Below, in pieces: positions 18,539 to 27,377 of a stretch of 64,000 nucleotides of DNA (position 1 is its first letter; every line of letters begins with the position of its first letter). Under the pieces are notes generated by a model, which was not told the DNA's origin, did not search any database, and saw only the letters and a list, made by a program, of their open reading frames with translations. Made by a program: the position numbers and the translations under genes. Source of the DNA: a virus; IMG/VR virus record IMGVR_UViG_3300042691_015370, positions 32,001 to 96,000 of that record; one strand, 5' to 3'.

Positions 18539-19063
18539 GGACCATCCAATACAATGTCGTTAGAGATAGAGCCGGGTGGAATATGGAACTCGTAACGAAG
18601 AGTCTCGCTCCATTTATCACACTGGATGGGAGTCTTGTAGTACCACAGGTACCAACCCGGTTCGATATCGTCCACAGTGCAGACCATCTCCATGTATGTA
18701 GGGATTCTCTGGCCTATCCTCTACGATGAATACCTTGTCTGCATCAACTTGTTCCAGACGCTTCACTCCACGGTCGCTAGTGTAGAAGCTGAACACAGCC
18801 TTGTCCTCTAGGTATCCACCGAACAAACTCCACCGTGCTTCAGTGCTGGAACCGTCTGTCATCATAATGATATCGGTCTTGCGTTCAACGTGACGAGCCT
18901 CGTCAGCAGAGCCTGCAACCAACATGCACATAATAGCAAAAGCGAAGGTGTACGCAATAGCAAAGAACAATGCAAAGAAAATACCCTCCCAGTAACCAGT
19001 ACGCACACGGACATAAATGATGATACCAAAGAAGAGTAGTACACCCAAGATAGCAGGAATCAT
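18535..19063 (-). pseudogene. 2-TM membrane protein, frameshifted by a 4-bp duplication (TACATACA, 18693-18700)
   Basis: Removing 4 nt gives a 174-aa ORF ending YEFHIPPGSISNDIVLDGP whose stop overlaps the next start. Confidence 0.7.
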
Positions 19064-19067
19064 GATC

Positions 19068-19253
19068 TCACCACTGAACCGAGATCTCTGGTTCGGCCTT
19101 GTTAAAGAAGATGCTATCCGCAATGCTTTCGCAGTCACCACGGTTAACATAACCCTCGCCACTGGTGGCTACAACCCGTCCATTGGACGAAACCAAACGC
19201 CACCGGAACTCGCCAGCATCATCTTCGTAAAACTCTAGCTTAAATCTATCCAT
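19068..19253 (-). CDS. YegP/DUF1508 family protein
   Basis: FYEDDAGEFRWRLVSSNGRVVATSGEGY. Confidence 0.9.
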   Translation of the reverse strand: MDRFKLEFYEDDAGEFRWRLVSSNGRVVATSGEGYVNRGDCESIADSIFFNKAEPEISVQW

Positions 19254-19314
19254 TTTATTTCTCCATAATCCATTCTCTAGTTCCGTGACGACACCGCCAC
19301 GGGAGATCCACATA

Positions 19315-19497
19315 TCAATCATTGGGCTGAAGAATCTGATGAATCTTGGTCCAAGAACCGGGAGAGTAGTGAGCAACAGTCTCACTCTTGCGTTCGATAC
19401 GAACACTGCCATCACAGTTATCGACAACCATCGAACAGTTGTCGTGGGTATCGACAGTGTGATTATCATTCAGATAAACGAGGATTGTGTTCTTCAT
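19315..19497 (-). CDS. hypothetical protein
   Basis: ATGA overlap. Confidence 0.55.
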   Translation of the reverse strand: MKNTILVYLNDNHTVDTHDNCSMVVDNCDGSVRIERKSETVAHYSPGSWTKIHQILQPND

Positions 19498-19760
19498 ACC
19501 TTCTCCGGGTGACTTAGATGAAACTTCAGTTCTTCCTCTGCCCAGTTGAGCAGTTCAATCAACGAGTTATCAGTCTTGTCATTCACCAAAGCCCAACCAT
19601 AGTCTGTGATCTTCTCAACCTCAGCGCACCACTCGTCATGGTATCTAAACACGTTGACTCGATGTTCTGCTGCGCTAGACGAAAGCTCGCCCTGCAAGTA
19701 GTTACTCACAAAATGCCACTTAACCATCAATCGCCTCTCTGATACGTGGACCAACACCAT
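19494..19760 (-). CDS. hypothetical protein (start may be at MVKWH)
   Basis: Gene chain. Confidence 0.55.
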   Translation of the reverse strand: MVLVHVSERRLMVKWHFVSNYLQGELSSSAAEHRVNVFRYHDEWCAEVEKITDYGWALVNDKTDNSLIELLNWAEEELKFHLSHPEKV

Positions 19761-20262
19761 AGAAGTTCACGTCAAATGTAATACTATACCTGTAAATACC
19801 AATTACACTGTGGTCCGCAACCCCCAAACCATCTGACCACACAAGCGTTCTCACACTCTCAACATAAGGAGACAGCGCACGCCTAGCTCTGAGTATTACA
19901 TCATCAAAGTGACGTAGCCAACCGGTAACTATATTGGTTTGACTATAGTCATGGCGCTTCCAATTATCTACACCCATTTCTGCCATCAGGGTAATGCTGT
20001 GATTAGGAAAAATTCTCGCAACCCTATCCCCTTCTGGAAACACATTCATTGACTCGTAAGAACAGGTGGAAGGTAAATCGATCCACCCAACACTGTTCTT
20101 GGATCGATTAGCATAGAATTCAAAAAACGTCTGTTCTGGATCATCAATAATCTTGACGTAATAAAGACTACCGTAATCACAATTCGTCACATTGACTCTT
20201 TGACGAGCAAGTGACAGGAACTCATTGGCCCATTCCCGGTCACGAACGGACACGTCATTCAT
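19720..20262 (-). CDS. hypothetical, probable tandem paralog of 20259-20777
   Basis: Similar C-terminal half. Confidence 0.65.
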   Translation of the reverse strand: MNDVSVRDREWANEFLSLARQRVNVTNCDYGSLYYVKIIDDPEQTFFEFYANRSKNSVGWIDLPSTCSYESMNVFPEGDRVARIFPNHSITLMAEMGVDNWKRHDYSQTNIVTGWLRHFDDVILRARRALSPYVESVRTLVWSDGLGVADHSVIGIYRYSITFDVNFYGVGPRIREAIDG

Positions 20263-20777
20263 CGCAGTACCTCAGCCTCTTCAAACAAAGGCCCACACAC
20301 ATACGGTCTGAATCTCAGCATAAGAGCAATCTCTGTTGTATAGGTCATAAGATGCTGTTCGGCTTTCACTGAACAGCCATCCCAAATAGCTAACCGAAAC
20401 CTAGGTGACAATCGCATTAACCTACGCTTATGATCATGGATAACTGTGAGCACCTCATCACACAACAGACAAGCCACGGTGTGTTCAAGATTCCCAGCGG
20501 AATCTATCGACGCTAACGCTTCATCAGTAAGCTTGACTGAGAAGGTACCTGTAGAGCTATAAAGCTCAAAGGTTCGACGCTTAGGGAAATATGTCTCTAC
20601 GCTACCATCATGCTGCCATCGCCAGCCTGAGATGTAACCAACAACAAAATGCTCCGGTGGAGCAGGAACAAGCAATCTTTCATCCTGCCCCAGCACACTG
20701 TCAGCATATCGCCGCAAAGTCTCTTCCACTCCAGTGGCGATACTTGAAATGGTGCCCTTGTAGTCTTGTTGCAGCAC
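20259..20777 (-). CDS. hypothetical, probable tandem paralog of 19720-20262
   Basis: Similar C-terminal half; GAGG RBS. Confidence 0.65.
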   Translation of the reverse strand: MLQQDYKGTISSIATGVEETLRRYADSVLGQDERLLVPAPPEHFVVGYISGWRWQHDGSVETYFPKRRTFELYSSTGTFSVKLTDEALASIDSAGNLEHTVACLLCDEVLTVIHDHKRRLMRLSPRFRLAIWDGCSVKAEQHLMTYTTEIALMLRFRPYVCGPLFEEAEVLR

Positions 20778-20814
20778 GAAATTCCAACCTCAGTGACCTG
20801 ATTTACAGACCGCC

Positions 20815-20843
20815 AGAGTATCTCCAAGGAGATTTTTTGTCAA
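20815..20843 (-). promoter_or_regulatory. sigma70-type promoter TTGACA-N17-TACTCT
   Basis: Consensus -35 and spacing in the intergenic gap upstream of the genes leading to dnaE. Confidence 0.6.
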
Positions 20844-20844
20844 A

Positions 20845-21885
20845 TCAGACTTCGCTGACCAACAGGGAGTACGGTGAGTTCATAAGTTCACGGAACTTAA
20901 TCAGGGCATCGCCAGACAGAGGAACGCCACCATTGAGACTGGTATCAAAGTAGGCAGCACCAACAACATTGTTGGTACGGAGATGATCAAACCACTCCTG
21001 CATCTCTGCCGCACCAGTCAGAGTGTGATCCTTGTTGCCCCATTCAGCGACACCAATCTTCAGACCCTTGGCTTTGTAGTATGCCAGAGCGTTCTTCCAC
21101 ATTGTAGAAAGAACGGTGGTGTTAGCGGCCTCAACATAGTGATCAATACCAGCGAAGTCCCAGATACCATCAACCCACCAGTCAGCGGGGTTACGTCCAG
21201 AACGAGTGTCGAATGTCCATGCCATCAAAATGGGAGCAAAGGCAATGTTAGTGACATTAGCTGAGTCAAGAAGTTGACGAATGCGCTTCTGCATGTTGCG
21301 CCAGTGAATCTCACTACCCTGACCCTCATCGGGGTAGGCGGTACCGTTACCACCCTCAGGCTCGTGGTGAACGCTGAACCACACAGGTAGACCAAGCAGG
21401 CCAAGGGACTTAATAAGGTTGATGATTGGGGTATCCAGTGCGCCATTGGCGGTGTTTTGCCACGTAGCGCTCAGCTTAATGGAAACCCATGGAAGTCGCC
21501 CAGCGGTGTGATCGGCCTTGCATGTGGAGATAATGCTGGAAGCCTGATCTAGACGCCAGAAGGTGCGTCGTACACCAACGGCCACACCAGCGGCAGTCTC
21601 ATGGGGAGAGGGAACACCATTGGAATTGTAGCTACAGCCCCAGCGGATCATTCCCGGTCGAGTGTCACCGGGGAACGCTGGTTCCCACTCCTGAACAGGT
21701 GGAGTGGTGGTCCCGCCACCAGCCTTGAGCGCAGCAATATCAGCCTTCATGGCATTCAGGGTGTTGTCCACCTCATTCATCCACCGACCCACATCAGTGC
21801 TGAGGGTCGAGGCGGTTGATGCAACCTGAGCGATCTGTGCCTTCAGATCCGCTACGATTGGTTCCATGTCTGGATCTATTCCCAT
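20845..21885 (-). CDS. GH26-like (clan GH-A) glycoside hydrolase with N-terminal coiled coil
   Basis: HHEPE acid/base, DFAGIDHY, VAEWG nucleophile; likely start MGIDPDME. Confidence 0.8.
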   Translation of the reverse strand: MGIDPDMEPIVADLKAQIAQVASTASTLSTDVGRWMNEVDNTLNAMKADIAALKAGGGTTTPPVQEWEPAFPGDTRPGMIRWGCSYNSNGVPSPHETAAGVAVGVRRTFWRLDQASSIISTCKADHTAGRLPWVSIKLSATWQNTANGALDTPIINLIKSLGLLGLPVWFSVHHEPEGGNGTAYPDEGQGSEIHWRNMQKRIRQLLDSANVTNIAFAPILMAWTFDTRSGRNPADWWVDGIWDFAGIDHYVEAANTTVLSTMWKNALAYYKAKGLKIGVAEWGNKDHTLTGAAEMQEWFDHLRTNNVVGAAYFDTSLNGGVPLSGDALIKFRELMNSPYSLLVSEV

Positions 21886-21889
21886 AATC

Positions 21890-22375
21890 TTACCTTTCGA
21901 TATCCGCCAGCAAAGCTCTCTGATACAGCCTTGCGACAACAGCTTTGAAGTTCGCCAGTCCAAGATAAGGAATGACGAGTTGTGTGTACTCAGCATCGGC
22001 CTTAGACTCCACGCCAAGACCTGAGAGGAACGTGGCAATACTCTCCACTTCCTCTCTTCTACTATCGTCATCTGCCCCCAGTAGTCGTAGTCGAGAAACT
22101 TCGTCAGAAATCTCTGACTTATCAATTACCTTGGGTTCAGCAGCGAAAATACTATGATCCCCATCTATTGCAGTAATGGATCTGGAGTTAGCATAGACGA
22201 CCTTTCTGCTGCCTTTAAGGGTGAACTGATGCCATCCACTTCTTGGATAGCTCTTGCGTCTCAGCTTGCCCACACCAGTTGTGAAGTTAGGTTGAAGAAA
22301 TGACCCTTTACCGGGGACAGCTTCACACCAACTGATGCGATAAAGCTTTCCATTCTCAAGTTCAGTTGCTTTCAC
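21890..22375 (-). CDS. hypothetical protein
   Basis: GAGG RBS, GTG start. Confidence 0.7.
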   Translation of the reverse strand: MKATELENGKLYRISWCEAVPGKGSFLQPNFTTGVGKLRRKSYPRSGWHQFTLKGSRKVVYANSRSITAIDGDHSIFAAEPKVIDKSEISDEVSRLRLLGADDDSRREEVESIATFLSGLGVESKADAEYTQLVIPYLGLANFKAVVARLYQRALLADIER

Positions 22376-22382
22376 AGATACC

Positions 22383-22772
22383 TCACAGGAAAGACTTAGG
22401 CTCGCTCAAGGTGCCACGCAGCCAGTTGTAGATAATGTTGACAGTAACAAAGTTGTCGAACCGCCAGAAGTTAAACTCGTACAGCTTGCGGCACCAAGCG
22501 CTGATGTCGGACGAGTTCATCATGTCAACGTGCTCGGTAAAAAGCTTAAGTCTACGAGGCTCAATGTTGATATTGTTTTCGAACACATTATCGTTATTGA
22601 TCAGATATGCGGTGTGCATCATCATCATCTCTAGTACTTCAGTAGAGTGAGACAAGGGTTCGAACTGAGCTAGGAACTTGATGGCGAAGTGGATTCTTTC
22701 GATATCCTCGTCGTCCAAGCTAACCCTATTGGGTGGTAGTAGTTCTGCGTATTGGTGTGTCTTAGTTTGCAT
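22383..22772 (-). CDS. degenerate Fic/Fido-like protein
   Basis: C-terminus EFNFWRFDNFVTVNIIYNWLRGTLSEP occupies the position of phage Fic HPFxDGNGRT...YNWL.GTL. Confidence 0.45.
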   Translation of the reverse strand: MQTKTHQYAELLPPNRVSLDDEDIERIHFAIKFLAQFEPLSHSTEVLEMMMMHTAYLINNDNVFENNINIEPRRLKLFTEHVDMMNSSDISAWCRKLYEFNFWRFDNFVTVNIIYNWLRGTLSEPKSFL

Positions 22773-23187
22773 GTCGGAACCTATCATCGTTGCCGATACC
22801 TCTAATATCGAAACTAACAATTGCCAGACCGTGCCAAGCAGCATGGCCCATGTGATGTCTACCGGATTCGGGATCTAGATCCTCGCCTCGCCAGTAAGCA
22901 TTCATGTGTCGCAACATGGCGTTGTAGCTAAGGGAGTAATTGTAACCTTTGAGATAATTCCAAGGCTCATACTTCTCGGCCCCCATGCCAGCAATGTTAC
23001 CTAGCTCTTCAAGAGCCACAGGATCAATAAAGCCTAACTGGGATGGCTTAGACGCCTTCATTCCACCAGTATTCGGATCAGTCACAATGATCTCTTCCTT
23101 CAGAAAATCGATGTGCCCTGCTTCATTGAACTTGCGGGGACCAAGAGTGTTGTTTGCCCACTCTGGTTTGTATTCACCGAATGTCAT
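22762..23187 (-). CDS. dATP/dGTP diphosphohydrolase domain protein (DUF5664)
   Basis: GAEKYEPWNYLKG...AMLRH...WRGEDLDPESGRHHMGHAAW. Confidence 0.9.
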   Translation of the reverse strand: MTFGEYKPEWANNTLGPRKFNEAGHIDFLKEEIIVTDPNTGGMKASKPSQLGFIDPVALEELGNIAGMGAEKYEPWNYLKGYNYSLSYNAMLRHMNAYWRGEDLDPESGRHHMGHAAWHGLAIVSFDIRGIGNDDRFRHAN

Positions 23188-23641
23188 CGGTTAACCTCTC
23201 TAACTTGTGAATTGTGGTGTACCGATCGTTGTTGAAGGTACGTAACCAAACGATCTGCAAACACAATGGTTGATATAGCTTTTTGTTACCGTGAATAATG
23301 TCGAGATGACATGGATAGTTACAGAGCGTGATCAGGTTATGTTGCTGGTTGAGCCATGGTTCATTCTTGGCTTCGGAGCGGTAGTAGATGTGATGCACAG
23401 CAAGGTTGTTGCTCGCCTTACCGCAATACCTGCACCTGTAGTTGTCCAGCGCAAGAATCTTGTCTCGCACAGCCGAAAGATCGTTATGCGGATTTGATTG
23501 CTTGGGCTTTTTTTGTTTGGGTTTGGCCGTGTTTATTGAGGCCAGAAAATGTGCATTTGAGCAGAATGCTGACAGACCACGAATCTCCATCGACTCACGA
23601 TCAAAGTAGTCACCGCAGTATGCACACTTTCTTTTACTCAT
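23174..23641 (-). CDS. HNH endonuclease
   Basis: DNYRCRYCG...VHHI...NLITLC..CH; N-terminal Zn finger. Confidence 0.9.
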   Translation of the reverse strand: MSKRKCAYCGDYFDRESMEIRGLSAFCSNAHFLASINTAKPKQKKPKQSNPHNDLSAVRDKILALDNYRCRYCGKASNNLAVHHIYYRSEAKNEPWLNQQHNLITLCNYPCHLDIIHGNKKLYQPLCLQIVWLRTFNNDRYTTIHKLERLTDDIR

Positions 23642-23948
23642 CTAACAAACCCAAGTCATAGTGAAAAGCCTTGATGTTGCGTTTGCGATGCATAATAATA
23701 GAGCTACGCTCCTTCTCACTCATCGCACGATGACCACCATCATCGTAATAGATCGCATCATCTAGACAATCACGCCACACCGGACACTGATCACAGAATC
23801 TCTGTGCCTGATCCTCATACTCTGGATCTAGAAACACATGCTCTGGGGTATCAATACACGCAGCGAACTCTCTCCAAGGATCTGTGAACGTTGCTGCAAA
23901 TTGTTCCCAGAAATCTAAATCACATCTCATCGTCGTCAGCAGACTCAA
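23634..23948 (-). CDS. whiB: WhiB-like protein (divergent)
   Basis: WREFAAC...AQRFCDQCPVWRDCLDDA; canonical GVWGG replaced by GGHRA. Confidence 0.75.
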   Translation of the reverse strand: MSLLTTMRCDLDFWEQFAATFTDPWREFAACIDTPEHVFLDPEYEDQAQRFCDQCPVWRDCLDDAIYYDDGGHRAMSEKERSSIIMHRKRNIKAFHYDLGLLDE

Positions 23949-24249
23949 GTTCCGTTAGACGACGGGGCGAGGCAACCTCACGCTTCATCTCAGCGTTCTT
24001 GCGCTCACCATTCTGCTCTGCCCGACGCTCGGCATAGCCACGATCCACAATCTCACGCAAGAGATCCTGAATCATCATCACCATGTCGGACTTTTCCTGA
24101 TCCTGAGCAAAGGGGATCATCACAACACGCAACTCACCCATTGCGTTGGACTGATCTCTGCTCTCCATGATTGTGATCTCCAGCGTCTCATCACTGAACA
24201 CCACGGATGTGATAATTGTATCTGACATGAACATATTCGTCATACTCAT
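23920..24249 (-). CDS. hypothetical protein
   Basis: Gene chain. Confidence 0.7.
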   Translation of the reverse strand: MSMTNMFMSDTIITSVVFSDETLEITIMESRDQSNAMGELRVVMIPFAQDQEKSDMVMMIQDLLREIVDRGYAERRAEQNGERKNAEMKREVASPRRLTELESADDDEM

Positions 24250-24653
24250 AGTGCTACTCCAACCTCTGGCTCATCCTTGAAGAACGAGTCCTGAACAACA
24301 TCCGGCTCTTTGTAATCAGTTGTCTCAATTGAAACCATTTCGATGTCACCCTCGTTGACACCAACTACCTTGATGCTCAACTGGTCGTACATCCACGCAG
24401 CCTTCTCGGGGTCGAGGGGGACAACCTTCTCCACCCGCAGAGCGTTGCTGCGCTTCAGGTCGCCGGTCTTCTTGACGTGCGAGAACTTGGGTGTCTCAAC
24501 ACGAGCGGTCACCATGAAGGTCACTAGATCATCGTTCGACATAGCAGCACCATTGGTGCGATCCAAGAAGAATGCTCCAGCGAATCGAGCCTCATAGAGA
24601 TCGACAAGCTCACCGTCGAAATACTCTGCTCCGTCTTTCAGTACCTTGCTCAT
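24246..24653 (-). CDS. hypothetical protein
   Basis: Gene chain. Confidence 0.7.
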   Translation of the reverse strand: MSKVLKDGAEYFDGELVDLYEARFAGAFFLDRTNGAAMSNDDLVTFMVTARVETPKFSHVKKTGDLKRSNALRVEKVVPLDPEKAAWMYDQLSIKVVGVNEGDIEMVSIETTDYKEPDVVQDSFFKDEPEVGVAL

Positions 24654-24880
24654 TGAACTTCAACCCTTTCATCAATAAGTGCTGCACACCAAAATGCACG
24701 ACCCTCAGGACCAATCACTCTGTGCGCTGTTGCTAGTGGATCACCATTTGGGTCCTTAAGGACAATGTTGTGATCAATTGCTTCAATAGTAAAACCGCAA
24801 CCAACAGTCTCAAACTTACTGAGGTTCTTCAGTAACCTTGAAATAGCCTTAGCTTCATCAGTCTTAATGTATGCTGTCAT
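24650..24880 (-). CDS. hypothetical protein
   Basis: Gene chain. Confidence 0.65.
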   Translation of the reverse strand: MTAYIKTDEAKAISRLLKNLSKFETVGCGFTIEAIDHNIVLKDPNGDPLATAHRVIGPEGRAFWCAALIDERVEVQ

Positions 24881-26757
24881 AGGTTGACTCTTTCATCTCC
24901 GGTGAGGTATGCTCTAATAGCATCCTTGTAGTTCATGCCAGCAATCCAATACTGACGTTCACGCAAGGCTCTTTCATAGAACACTGGGTCACCCTTCGGG
25001 ACGATAGCCAGAGTCAGTGGTGCTGACTGAAGTACGCACATCGTGTTCACACCACCATCTCTTGACTTCGCCATCTTTAGGATCAATTCCTTCTTCTGAT
25101 CACCCTTTGTAATGATTCCCTCCTGTTCAGACTTACGCTGATCTGGATTCCATAGCACCAAGGAAACATCTGAGGTTTCCTCTACCGTGCCAGCACCACG
25201 ACCTTGATCCAGACGGACCTCAGACCCCATGTCGTTGCTACGGTTCGCCTGATGTGGTGCAAGGACAACGAGTTGGTGACGCTTAGCAATAGCCTTCAGT
25301 CCCATGATGGCTGAGGTGGTACGTGCGTACTCTTCCCCGCCGAACGATCTTGCGTAGTAACCCAAGTAATCGATCAGTACAAGATCAGGCTGATAGCCCG
25401 TTTCATATGCGTACTGCTCAATACACATCTCCAAAGCTTCTTCAGAGATGCGGTTCTCGTCAACGATGTAGAGGTTGTCTTTCCAATAGTTGACGGTATC
25501 TAGCGTAGTGACGCCGGGGTTGTAGAATGAATGGATGCGATGTGCTCGCTCAAACCATTCGTTACGCATCTGTTCCAACGACAGAAACAAGATCTTGATG
25601 TCAGGCTTTCGCATCCTCATACGATGCAAGATGTTCAAGCTGAACAGCGTCTTGCCCACGTTGGTGCGAGCCAACAGCGTGACGACCTGACCCGGCAACA
25701 AACCGTGTTGCATCTCGTTATCAATAGCGTCTATATTGAAACGCAAACCCTCAAGTGTTGGGTTACCCTCAAACTCCAGCCAGCGATCGAAAGCCTGAGC
25801 GGGAGAGATCAACAACCCACCCTGAGCCTTCGACATCAGAAAGTCGAAGTCTTCTCTCGTGTAGTTGTTGTCTACGAAAAGCTTACTTACATCGATCTTC
25901 TTTTGACCCGGCTTAGGATCAGGTAGCTGAACAACACGAGAACGAGGGCCGAGTGTGGTCGCAAGCTTTTCGGCAGCAGCTTTGCCGGTCGTGTCAGGGT
26001 CCAGCATTATGTAGATTCTCTTGGCATCTACAAGAAGCTCGGTCCACTCTGGCTTCCACATCTTTTCGCCCGGAATACCACAGGCGTTGTAACCAAGCAT
26101 CTGCAACACGGCGGCATCAAACTCACCGGCTGCAACAACCACAGAATCTTCCCCACGCACAGCATCTTCACCATAGATACGTGCGCTACTCCCCGGCAGC
26201 GACAGGTACTTACCGTCCATGTCCTTGCCACGGATCGCTACAGGCCGACCAAATGAGAAGTATGGGATGACGATCTTGTGTCGCAGGAAGTCGTCACCAA
26301 CATAGTTGACCAGCCCTTGAGCCTGAATATCCTCAAGAGCAAAGCCTGAAGCCAGCAGGTGTGTCAGGAGGCCAGTACTGTCAGCCCAGCCAAGCTTCAT
26401 TTCCTTGATCTTCTCGTGGGTGAGTCCACGTTTCTCGGTAAGATAGTTGTATGCCTCAACGTTTTCGAACAACTGCTCGGCATAAAACTCAACCGCAACC
26501 CGCATCATTGTCACATCATTAGGTGACTTGATTGGATCATCACCGAAGTGCTTGCGGATAGCGTTCAGGCCACCCTTTGCCCCACATAGGTGACAGTAGT
26601 GCGCTCCATACATCTCAGACTCAGGATCAGCCTGAATGTAGAGTCGTCCCCGCTTTGATTCATCTTCGTTACAGTACCAACAATGTGTGTAAATGTTTCC
26701 GTCAGGTGCAGCCTTGATATGTAGGTCTTTGGACTCTAGATACTCAACAAGCTCCAT
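24877..26757 (-). CDS. DNA primase-helicase (Zn finger + TOPRIM + DnaB/SF4 helicase)
   Basis: CWYC/CHLC Zn ribbon; GEFDA...DPDTTG TOPRIM; ARTNVGKT Walker A; LIDYLG; HQANR; KSRDG. Confidence 0.95.
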   Translation of the reverse strand: MELVEYLESKDLHIKAAPDGNIYTHCWYCNEDESKRGRLYIQADPESEMYGAHYCHLCGAKGGLNAIRKHFGDDPIKSPNDVTMMRVAVEFYAEQLFENVEAYNYLTEKRGLTHEKIKEMKLGWADSTGLLTHLLASGFALEDIQAQGLVNYVGDDFLRHKIVIPYFSFGRPVAIRGKDMDGKYLSLPGSSARIYGEDAVRGEDSVVVAAGEFDAAVLQMLGYNACGIPGEKMWKPEWTELLVDAKRIYIMLDPDTTGKAAAEKLATTLGPRSRVVQLPDPKPGQKKIDVSKLFVDNNYTREDFDFLMSKAQGGLLISPAQAFDRWLEFEGNPTLEGLRFNIDAIDNEMQHGLLPGQVVTLLARTNVGKTLFSLNILHRMRMRKPDIKILFLSLEQMRNEWFERAHRIHSFYNPGVTTLDTVNYWKDNLYIVDENRISEEALEMCIEQYAYETGYQPDLVLIDYLGYYARSFGGEEYARTTSAIMGLKAIAKRHQLVVLAPHQANRSNDMGSEVRLDQGRGAGTVEETSDVSLVLWNPDQRKSEQEGIITKGDQKKELILKMAKSRDGGVNTMCVLQSAPLTLAIVPKGDPVFYERALRERQYWIAGMNYKDAIRAYLTGDERVNL

Positions 26758-26791
26758 GTATACCTATTTCTTCACTTGTAAACCAATAAAG

Positions 26792-26864
26792 CTCTGGGGG
26801 GAGGACTTGAACCTCCAACCTGCGCATTAACAGTGCGATGCTCTGCCGATTGAGCTACCCCAGA
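26792..26864 (-). tRNA. tRNA-Asn (GTT), CCA not encoded
   Basis: TCTGGGG/CCCCAGA acceptor, D arm GCTC/GAGC, anticodon loop CTGTTAA, T arm GGAGG-TTCAAGT-CCTCC, discriminator G. Confidence 0.95.
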
Positions 26865-26865
26865 A

Positions 26866-27125
26866 TCGTGCAGCAGTTGGGATTTGCACCCAACAGAGTC
26901 CAGTACCACCCCCTATTTACGAGGGAGGCTGCCAACTCTCCAAGCTAGGAGCCGCTTGTGCGCCCGCTATCCAAACCTTTAGCGGTCGCATGAGGTAGTT
27001 CTCATCCTCAACGTATGTATACATGCAGATCAGAGCGAGTCATGAAATGCTACGTCTTTAAGAGGATCGCTTGGACCTCATCCCCTTCACCCACCACTGA
27101 GAAGTACGTGGTGGTCAGGGAGAAC
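26866..27125 (-). ncRNA. putative structured ncRNA ending in a T-loop-like hairpin, directly upstream of tRNA-Asn
   Basis: At least six hairpins on the - strand; last is GTTGGG-TGCAAAT-CCCAAC. Confidence 0.5.
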
Positions 27126-27359
27126 TCAACCCTTGACGGGCTTCAGGCGAGTCAGGCGGTACTGAGCAGACCGACCATTGCGGCGCATCTGAATCTGGTA
27201 GCCCTCGGCACGAAGCTCACGAAGACGACGCAGACCCTCCTTACCACCAACGTTCTCGCTGGAAATCATTGAGCCATCAACCCAATCATTGCCTGAACGC
27301 TTAGCCTGAGCGAGAAAGTCATATACCCGCTGCTTGCGTGAAATAGTATCAGTGTTCAC
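27126..27359 (-). CDS. winged helix-turn-helix DNA-binding protein
   Basis: RKQRVYDFL...GGKEGLRRLRELRAEGYQI...YRL; AAGGAG RBS. Confidence 0.75.
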   Translation of the reverse strand: MNTDTISRKQRVYDFLAQAKRSGNDWVDGSMISSENVGGKEGLRRLRELRAEGYQIQMRRNGRSAQYRLTRLKPVKG

Positions 27360-27377
27360 CTATATCTCCTTTGCCCC

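Noticed and set aside
12560-26757. Inteins or introns in RecA, DnaE or primase-helicase
   Set aside because: Lengths are normal and motifs are contiguous
26866-27125. tmRNA or second tRNA
   Set aside because: No acceptor stem pairing a GGGG 5' end with a CCACCA 3' end, no tag ORF and no cloverleaf; only the T-arm-like hairpin matches
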